Source: Mycoplasma mobile 163K
GTDB lineage: Bacteria; Bacillota_I; Bacilli_A; Mycoplasmatales; Metamycoplasmataceae
Length of the DNA: 32,000 bases
Direction: 5' to 3'
NCBI RefSeq assembly: GCF_000008365.1
Contig: NC_006908.1
Coordinates: forward strand, 210,001 to 242,000
Shown: positions 23,805 through 32,000 of the stretch, in pieces
Position numbering within the stretch: position 1 is the stretch's first letter
How the letters are laid out: every line of letters starts with the position of its first letter
The notes under the pieces: generated by a model
Seen by the model: the letters and a program-made list of their open reading frames with translations, nothing else
Told to the model about the DNA's origin: nothing
Databases searched by the model: none
Made by a program: the position numbers and the translations under genes

Positions 23805-25163
23805 TTAAAAATTATTTTCATCATTTTTTTGACTAATAAATTTTCCTACAGAAGGTTTAAAAAAGAAATTTACTTTCCCTATTGCTCCATTACGGTTTTT
23901 AGAAATGATTAGTTCTACTTTTTGAAAGTCATTATTTGAAATATATTGTTTATCATGTTCATCATCATGTTCTTTATTTTTTTTATAATATTCTTCACGA
24001 TATAAAAAAGCTACAATATCAGCATCTTGTTCAATAGAACCACTTTCTCTTAAGTCAGACATGATTGGCACTTTTTCTTCTCTTGCTTCGACTTTTCTAC
24101 TTAACTGACTTAAAGCAAAAACAGTGATTTTCAAATCAGTAGCTAAAAGTTTCAATTGTCTAGAAATATACGAAACTTCTAATTGTCTATTAAAATTATT
24201 TTTTTCAGATGTATTTATCAATTGTAAATAATCAATAAAAACAGCATCAAGTCCTTTTTCTTTTTTTAATTGTCTACACTTTCAAATTAAATCATTAATA
24301 TTAGAACTAGTTTCATCATTAAAATGAAGATTTAAATTTTTTATTTTGTCTTTTGCAATATAAATTTTTTGTCATTCCTCATTACTTAAATTTTTAGGCT
24401 CTTTTATTTTGTTGCCATCAATATTAGATCAAGCAGCAAAAATTCTATCAGCAAGTAATAAATTAGGCATTTCATAAGAAAAAAAAGCAACATTTTTCTT
24501 CTTACTGATTTCTGTTGCTAAATTAAGAGCAAATGCAGTTTTCCCCATTGAAGGTCTTGCTGCTAAAATAACAAGATCTCCTTTTTGAAATCCATTTGTT
24601 AATTTGTCTAAAAGAGGATATCCTGATGAAATACCATTAATTTCTTTTGAAGTTGCTCTTTTTTCAATTTCTTTTATAGCTTCTTCTGCTAATTCAGCTG
24701 CTTTTTTAAAACTTCCATCTGAATTAACTATTGAAATCTCTAGTAAATCTTTTCCTAAAGAATTCAATATATCCGAAGGATTAAAATTTCCTGGTATAAT
24801 TTCCTTATTTCAATTTTCAAAAACTTCTTTAACTTTTCTTTTTCTAGAATAATTTAGAATCTCTTTGTGAAAATACAAAGCATTTTCTTCAAAAGACGAT
24901 CAAGGAATTAATTCTGCTAAAACATTATTAATATTAGCTATGTTTTTTTCAGGTTCTTTTTCTAGTTGATTCTTAATTGAATTAAAATCTATTTTCAAAT
25001 TGTTATAAAGTAATTCTTTAATACTTCAAAAAATTTTTTGATGAGTTTTATTAAAAAAATCTTCAGGTTCTAAAAGATCAACAGTTTTAGATAGATTTTT
25101 TGGATTTATAAGCAAAGAAGCAATGTAAGTTTTTTCTAAATTCTCGTCATGGAATTTATTCAT
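23805..25163 (-). CDS. dnaB: replicative DNA helicase
   Basis: 452 aa joined across TGA codons. [40 protein letters not shown] (Walker A), [13 protein letters not shown] (Walker B), [47 protein letters not shown]. The ATG overlaps the rplI stop by 8 nt. Confidence 0.95.
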
Positions 25164-25611
25164 CTTTTTCGACTTTCACAAGTAATATTGCTTTGATATC
25201 TTTGTATAAATTAATAATTATTTTAGACAATCCAATTGTATTAATATGAACATTTTCTAATGCATGACGATCGATTTTTAAACCATGTTTTTCTTCTAAT
25301 TCATTTAAGATATTTTTTGCACTAATTGAAGAATGAACGCTTATTATTCCGTCTTTTCTTAATGATGCTTTTAACTTAAAAGATAGATTAATTTTTTCTA
25401 ATTTTGTTTTTAACTCATTTGCTTCAAATCTTTTTTCATTTTCAATTTCTCTTTCTTTTTCCAATACATCTTTTAAAAATTTTTCATTATCTTTATTGTA
25501 TGGAATTGCCAAATTTTGTCTAAAAAGAAAGTTTGTAGCATATCCAGCACTTACTTCAACTATTTGATTCTTTTTCCCCGCATTAGAATCTTTTATTAAA
25601 ATCACCTTCAT
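25156..25611 (-). CDS. rplI: 50S ribosomal protein L9
   Basis: 151 aa. [39 protein letters not shown] is the conserved L9 N-terminal domain. SD AAGGAG upstream. Confidence 0.93.
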
Positions 25612-25635
25612 AATTTTCTCCTTTAATTTTATTTA

Positions 25636-27597
25636 TTAAGCAATTTCTGTATTTGCACTAACAATTGCTTGGATAACATTATCCGTAAAAACAGTTAAGC
25701 TTTCATTAGAAACAGCAGCAGCAGCACTATAATGCCCACCACCACCTACAGCTTCTGCGATAATTTGAACATTTGTTTCAATCCCTCTTGCTGATAGTTT
25801 ATAAGAATCACCATTTGAAGATTTTGCAATAACAAATGCTGCTTTTCTTCCACTAACTCTTAAAATTTCATCTGCAGCTATGCTTACAACTTCTGAAGGA
25901 ATTGGTCCATCATAAGAAGCAAGATAAAATCCTTTTTTAATTTCCCTTAACTCAGCTAAAATACTATCGACAATTTCTCTAGTTTTAATGTCCATTTTTA
26001 GAACATTTACACTTTCAACCACTTGAGCTCCTCATTCATTTAATAAACTTGCAGCAGCAAAAGTCTTAGAAGACGTTGCTTTTTGAAACTGATTTGTATC
26101 TAAATAAATTCCATTTAATAAAAATTGAGCTGCTTTTTTTGAAATAATTTTTCCTAAACTCATAAAAGAAATAATTTCTGTTGTAATTTCACAAGCACTT
26201 GAAGAACCTGTGTCAATAAATGTATTTTTATATTCAATGTTTTCTGGTAATTTACTTACTCTATGATGATCCAAAATAAAAATATTTTCAATTAAAGCCT
26301 TATCGAAAGCTTCTGGATTTTCAATTCTATCAATTTCTGCTGTATCACAAACAATAACAAGAGTATTTTTATCTGTTAAACTAATAGCTTTTTGTTTTTT
26401 TATAAAAAGTTCTTTTTCGGCAAGAGTAAAATATTTATTAATTGTTCTTTGAGATGTTTCATCAATAATAACATTTTGAATATATACTTCTTTTTTGAAA
26501 TATTTTGCAATTTCACTTAAAGCAAATGTTGATCCAATTGCATCCAGATCAGCCATTATGTGACCATATAAAATTACTTTTGTAATACTTTGGTCTTCCA
26601 TTTTTTTTAATAAAAGAGTCGCAACATCTTTTGCTTTTGTTCTACTTGGATTTATTGCAATTTCACTTTTTGATCCAAAATAAATTGGTTTTTCATTTTT
26701 TGATCAAACTGTAATTTGATCTCCACCTCTAGATTTAGATTGTCTTAAAGCATCTTTTGCTAATTCCATCAATTCACTAATAGAATTTCCTCTTTTTGAC
26801 AATCCGATTGAAACAGAAAGTCTAAATTCTTCAACTTTTTGTGCTCTTAGAGAATCAAGAAAGTTGAATTTAGAATCTATAAATTGATTTAAAGTTTCTT
26901 CATTTGTAATCAATAAAAATTTCCCATTTACATATTGACGATAGCTTACATTGTAATTTTTTACTAATTTTTCTAACATATCAATTACTTTGTATTGAAT
27001 TGAGAATAAATCTTCTTCATTAAGAGAAGATTGATATTCTTGAAAATTATCAATATCCACTTCACCAATAACAATTTTTTCAGCATCATATTGCATAATT
27101 GCGCTTACTTCTTTAGTGACATCTTTAAATACTAAAACATTACTTTGGTAAATATAATTTACAAAATAGTGAAACCCTTCTAATTCAATAGTTGTATTTT
27201 TTTCAGCATTCAGCAGCATAGTTTCAATTTTTTTAGAAATAGAAGTAACATTTTTACCAACAACATTTTCTTTGAATCTTTGGTTAATAAATTCACTAGC
27301 CCAAATAATTTTTGATTTATCACTGATGATTATCAATCCTAATCCATTTTCGGCAACAATTTTTTCAATATAATTGTTAAGAACATAATTTTTATTTACT
27401 TCTTTTTTGTTTATTAAATAAAAAGAAATGGAAAAAACTCCCAAAATTATTAATGAAAAAACTAATGTCAATAGTGAAAACAAAATTTTATCAAGCAATT
27501 CTTGTAAAAGAAACCCAATTAATAAAAATGAAACAATTGTAACAATTAAATTTAAAACAATTAGAGATAAAAAGATGATTTTTGGTTTTCAAGACAT
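25636..27597 (-). CDS. gdpP: GdpP-type membrane-anchored DHH/DHHA1 phosphodiesterase (putative cyclic-di-AMP phosphodiesterase)
   Basis: 653 aa. Fragments 25636-26022, 26032-26601 and 26704-27498 share a frame, with the true ATG at 27597. Two N-terminal TM helices (IIFLSLIVLNLIVTIVSFLLIGF, ILFSLLTLVFSLIILGVFSISFYLI), a central PAS/degenerate-GGDEF-like region, DHH motifs GHIMADLDAIGS, VIVCDT, ILDHHR, and DHHA1 GGGGH. The gdpP-rplI-dnaB order is conserved in Firmicutes. Confidence 0.8.
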
Positions 27598-27642
27598 AAT
27601 TTCCTTATTTTAATATTTATTATAGTTTACTAAATTTAAAAT

Positions 27643-28995
27643 TTATTTAGTCAAATAGTTTACAAGTGTTTTTAATAAAACGGCATTTGGATTTGATTTT
27701 TTACTTACTGTACCTGCAATGTCTAAGTGTATTAGATCACTTTTATTAGTGAATTGCTTTAAAAATATTGCGGCAGAATTTGAATCTGAATAATTGTTCG
27801 CATCATAGTTTATCAAATCGGCAATCCTACTAGATTTTAAACCTTCCAAAAAATCCTCATCCAAAGGCAATCTTCAAATTTTTTCATTAGAAATTTTGGC
27901 TGCTTTTTTTAATTTTTTTCAGCTTTCATCATTTGTTGATCAAACACCACTTATTTTATCTCCTAAAGCCACTATTACACTTCCTGTTAAAGTTGCAATT
28001 GTAATAATTTCACTTGCTTTTAAAATTTTAGATGCATATGAAATACCATCAGCTAAAATTAATCTGCCTTCAGCATCAGTATCTGTTATTTCAATACTTT
28101 TCCCATTCATTGCATAATGAATTTCCTCAGGAGTTGTGCCTCTTGATGAAATTTTGTTATCAGTCAATACCATAAGGACACTTAAATTTATTTTTGGGCT
28201 TAAATTTTCCACTACTTTCATAACTCCAGAAGCAATCATTGCACCTGACATATCAAATTTCATACCTGATAAATATTTAGAAGGTTTTAAATTATAACCA
28301 CCTGTATCAAATGTAATTCCTTTACCCACAATAACTGTTCTGTTTTTAGATTCAAGATTTCCATTATAGTTTAACTCAACTACTCTAGGTTCATGAGAAG
28401 AACCTGCATTTACAGCTAGAAGTAGCCCCATTTTTAAATTTTTAATATCTTGTTTATTTAAAATTTTTACATTTATTAAAGGAGAATTTTCAAACTCTTT
28501 TTCAACAACACTTGCAAGATACTCACTTGTTGCAATATTAGGTGGCATTTCTTGATATTTTTTAACAAAAAGTTTTGATTTAGAAATCAAAATCATTTTT
28601 TTGTAAATTTCTTCTGAAATCGATGTGACCAAAGTTAAATTGGGAATAATTTTGTCTTTTTCTTTTGTTTTATATGAAAAATCATAAACAAATTTTTCCT
28701 CAAAATATTCTATAAAAATTTCTAAAATTTTTTCTTCTGATTTTCCTCAAAATTCTAAATCAATAAAAACATTTCTACTTCCAATTGAAGATAAAATTTT
28801 TGAAACTATTTTCTCAAGTTTTTCCTGCTTCAATTCATCGATATTTTTTATAAATATCAAAATTTTATTTTGATCTAAAAACTCACTAATTGCCAAATCT
28901 TCGGTATTTATCAAATTTTTATTATCATCTATTTTTGAAATAAATTTTAGTTCAATTTCCTTAATATTTTGCTTGCTATTTATGATTTTTAACAT
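27643..28995 (-). CDS. pepA: leucyl aminopeptidase (M17 family)
   Basis: 450 aa. Three same-frame fragments joined across TGA. VGKGITFDTGGYNLKP, MKFDMSGA, ITDTDAEGRLILADG, TLTGS, WRLPLDE. Confidence 0.92.
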
Positions 28996-29008
28996 TTAAG
29001 TTCCCCCT

Positions 29009-30430
29009 CTACCCTCTATTTTTATCTGTTTTTAAATAATATTTATGAATGAAAGCCAATTTCTTTTCATTGAAAACATATTCAAAAATATATTTTGTCA
29101 AAATTTCCTTAAGAATTTCTAAATTTGTAAAAGGAAGAGTTTGAAAGGAATTTAAAGAATTAATTTTTATTTGAGAATTGTACATTCATAAAAAAACAGA
29201 TGAAATTTCAGTTATATTTTCCCCAACAATTGAAGCATTTAGAAGCCTATGTTTTTTGTCAAAATAAGCTCTTATGAATCCTTTATCTTTGTCATTTACT
29301 ATTGATAAATTACTCTCTTTAAAATCATATTCAAATTTGTTATAAAAAATTTTTTGTGATTTAATTTCATCTTCATGCATCCCAATGAAAGAAAATCCAA
29401 TCTTTGCATTTATATTACTTGAAAAATTTTCAAAATCAAATACATTTCTTTCATCATTTTCTATAAGATTATTAATTATAAGATTTGCTTGGTAAAATCC
29501 TTGGTTCGAATCTATGTAAGGACCAAAACAACTCCCTATCGCAAAGAAATTTTTATTATTTCTTAATCTTAATTGTCTATCTGAAATTGGAAAATTTCTT
29601 AAATTAGTTTCAAAAATAATATCCTTACTTACTTTGTCTAAATTCCCTTTTTTTGTACCACCTAAAATTAATCTATCAGAAATTAGAAAAAGAGAATATG
29701 TTCCAATAGAATATTCAATTTGAAACTGATCAGTTTCAGTTTTGTTTATGTTTTTTATTGAAGCATTATTAATTATATAAAAGTTATTTTTCCTTGCATA
29801 ATTTTGAAATTTTAAAAGCATATCATCTTTTAAAAGATTTATAAAATTATCATTTTTATTCAATAAATAAACAATAGAACCAGATTCTGCAAATGTAATT
29901 GCTAATTCTAAAGAATTTTTATCATTTCCAATAATGGTTACTGAATTAAAATTTTTGTCAAAGTTATATCAGTTTTCAATTGTTTCATATTTTGAATAAT
30001 CTAGACCTTTAATTAAAGGTTTTAAAAATCTTGATCCAACAGCAAATACGCAATATTTAAAACTAATTTTTTTCTCATTAATTATCAAATTATTTTTATC
30101 CACTATGTGAACTGTTCCTATCAAAGAATCAATTCCTAGTTTAGTGAATGAATTTTGTCCAGTTTTTTCAATTAAATTATGCAATTTTAAGTTTAATTCA
30201 GATCTAAAAAATTTAAATTTTTCATCCAAGCTCATTTTTTTTTCAATTTTATCAAGTGTATTTTGAAGAATTTGAATTGGTACATCTCTGTTAAATTGCT
30301 TTCCACCAAAAATTTCATTTTTGTCAATTATTAAGACTTTAGCTCCAAATCTAGCTAAATTTTTTGCAAAATGAGATCCAACTCTTCCAGCGCCTATTAC
30401 AACTGTATGATAGTCAAAACTTTTTTTCAT
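29009..30430 (-). CDS. dihydrolipoamide-dehydrogenase-like flavoprotein homolog lacking the redox-active disulfide, the NAD-site GxGxxG and the C-terminal His-Glu dyad (473 aa)
   Basis: Fragments 29186-29863 and 29969-30430 share a frame, which continues through TGA 29186 to TAG 29009-29011. FAD site YHTVVIGAGRVGSHFAKNLARFGAKVLIIDKNEIFGG is intact. GGKQFNRDVPIQ replaces GGTCLNVGCIPSK. VTIIGNDKNSLELA replaces viGgGyIGlE. FAVGSRFLKP, FFAIGSCFGP and GFIRAYFDKKHRLLNASIVGEN keep the fold landmarks. Confidence 0.65.
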
Positions 30431-30632
30431 AAACCACCTATTTTCAATTTTTAATTTTACCTATTTTAAGAAAGTAAAATTAAACTTCCACTACAAATTT
30501 ACTAACTTTAAAAAGTATAAAGTAATTATAAACTAAATTAATGATAATCAAATTCTTATTATTTTGCAAAATCAAATTTTTAATGTTTTTATTTCTAAGT
30601 TCTTGAAATTTACATTTTATTGATTAAAAAGG

Positions 30633-30638
30633 TATAAT
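30633..30638 (+). promoter_or_regulatory. candidate -10 box (TATAAT) for rpsB-tsf
   Basis: GGTATAAT at 30631-30638, about 135 nt upstream of the rpsB ATG. Confidence 0.4.
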
Positions 30639-30646
30639 AAAAGAGT

Positions 30647-30670
30647 TATTTGCAAACTAATTTGTAAATA
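30647..30670 (+). promoter_or_regulatory. 10-bp stem-loop at the predicted 5' end of the rpsB leader
   Basis: TATTTGCAAA (30647-30656) pairs with TTTGTAAATA (30661-30670), including one G-U pair, with loop CTAA. Confidence 0.35.
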
Positions 30671-30773
30671 CGAAAAAACAAAAAGCACTTTGGTGAATTT
30701 ATTAGGTGTGCTCTAATTAAAAGAGTCTTAATTTTAGAAACCAAAGGAAGTAAAAACAAATATTAAGGAAAAT

Positions 30774-31676
30774 ATGAATATTAATGATATGAATGATGCT
30801 CCTGAAGTAAGTTCTTCAGAGTCTCAAAAAAACGAAATAGTTTCTAAACAAAAACTTTTAGAAGCAGGAACTTATTTTGGTCACAAAGCAAGTTTGTGAA
30901 ATCCTAAAATGAAACCTTTTATCCATTCAAAAAAAATGGGAACACATATTATAGACATTGCCCAAACAAGAAAAGCACTAGAATATGCTTATAAATTGAT
31001 TGAAAAATATGCTCAAAAAGGCGCTTCATTTATTTTTGTAGGAACAAAAAAACAGGCCAAAGATGTTGTTAAAGCTCAAGCACTAAGAACAAATTCAATT
31101 TATGTATCCGAAAGATGACTTGGTGGAACCCTTACAAATAGTAGAACTATTATGAATCAAGTAAGAACTTTAAGTGATCTTGAAAAATTAGAAGAATCAG
31201 GATATGAAGGATATACAAAAAAAGAAGGTGTTGAATTTTCTAAAAAATTAGCAAAGTTACAACGTAATTTAACAGGAATTAGAAACATGAAACACTTGCC
31301 ACAAGTAATGATTGTTGCTGATGTTAATACAGATAAAATCGCAATTAAAGAAGCTCAAAGAAAAAATATTAAAATTATTGGAATTTTAGATACAAATTCA
31401 GATCCTTCATTAGTAAATTTTGGAATCCCTGCAAATGATGATAGTGTTAAATCTTTAAATTTAATTATTACAATTTTAGCAGATGCAATTGTTGCGGCAA
31501 AAAATGGAAAACAGTTGTTTGCTTATCAAGGTGATGAGGCTATTGTATTTCCAGCAACTAGTGAAAATGTTGGTAAAGATGGAGAAGAAAGAAAACCAAG
31601 AAAACCTTATGTAAAAAGAAGACCAGATGGTGATTTTCAACCAAGACACAACAACAATGAAAGCGAGACAAAATAA
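30774..31676 (+). CDS. rpsB: 30S ribosomal protein S2 (with N- and C-terminal extensions)
   Basis: 300 aa joined across [87 protein letters not shown]. Charged C-terminal tail [33 protein letters not shown]. Confidence 0.96.
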
Positions 31677-32000
31677 TGGTTGATGCTGAAAAAATTAAAA
31701 AACTTAGAGAAATGACTGATAGTGGTTTTTTAGATTGTAAAAAAGCTCTAGAAGCTACAAAAAATGACTTAAATGCTGCAGTGAAATGATTACAAGAGAA
31801 CGGAAAAGCTAAAGCTGCAAAAAAAGCAGATAGAATTACAGCAGAAGGTTTAGTTGCTGCTTTTTCAAATGATAAATATGGTGTAATAATTGAAATTAAT
31901 TCAGAAACTGATTTTGTTGCTAAAAATCAAAAATTTAAAGATTTAGTAAATAAAATTGGTCAAGAATTGTTAAAACATGATTTTTATAAATACAAAAATA
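31676..32000 (+). CDS. tsf: elongation factor Ts, N-terminal part; 3' end lies outside the window
   Basis: The ATG overlaps the last base of the rps[64 protein letters not shown]...[10 protein letters not shown] is the conserved EF-Ts UBA-like N-terminus. Confidence 0.95.

Noticed and set aside
22594-28117. ORFs 22594-22785 (+), 23065-23298 (-, off-frame), 24604-24852 (+), 27428-27613 (+) and 27896-28117 (+).
   Set aside because: They overlap the well-supported minus-strand genes (small TM protein, YitT-family, dnaB, gdpP, pepA) in the wrong frame or strand.
30436-30467. 9-nt direct repeat ACCTATTTT (30436-30444 and 30459-30467) upstream of the Lpd-like gene, and AATCAAATT repeated near 30548 and 30577. 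These were considered as operator or DnaA-box-like sites.
   Set aside because: They are short, AT-rich and do not match the DnaA-box consensus. The first copy is simply the SD region. Chance repetition is plausible.

Overview
Very AT-rich Mollicutes chromosome segment (Mycoplasma sensu lato). Gene content and the F1-like ATPase cluster suggest a Hominis-group species, but I cannot identify the species by eye. The supplied ORF track is fragmented because it treats TGA as a stop. Joining same-frame fragments across TGA (genetic code 4, TGA=Trp) gives 25 intact, tightly packed genes and no pseudogenes. Plus strand 1-22254 carries mnmG (3' part), rlmH, an ECF S-component-like membrane protein, and an 837-aa OppF-like ABC ATPase homolog with every catalytic motif degenerate. 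These are followed by valS, a 57-aa DUF2188-like protein and folD. Next is a seven-gene F1-like 'X0' ATPase operon: 12-TM protein, 293-aa orphan, gamma-like, possible epsilon-like, 1158-aa 3-TM surface protein, alpha-like, and beta-like with a ~296-aa N-terminal extension. pta-ackA follow it. Minus strand 22285-30430 is one operon-like array: Lpd-like oxidoreductase lacking its redox motifs, pepA, gdpP, rplI, dnaB, a YitT-family protein and a small 2-TM protein. It converges with ackA on a bidirectional terminator. Plus strand 30774-32000 carries rpsB and the start of tsf. I saw no rRNA, tRNA, CRISPR, IS element or phage gene. The most interesting content is the F1-like ATPase operon. Its class is known from the literature, but its membrane sector, surface protein and function in non-gliding species are unexplained. 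Two apparently selected pseudo-enzymes (the dead ABC NBD and the Cys-less Lpd-like protein) are also notable. All homology statements are by-eye motif recognition; no database search was possible.
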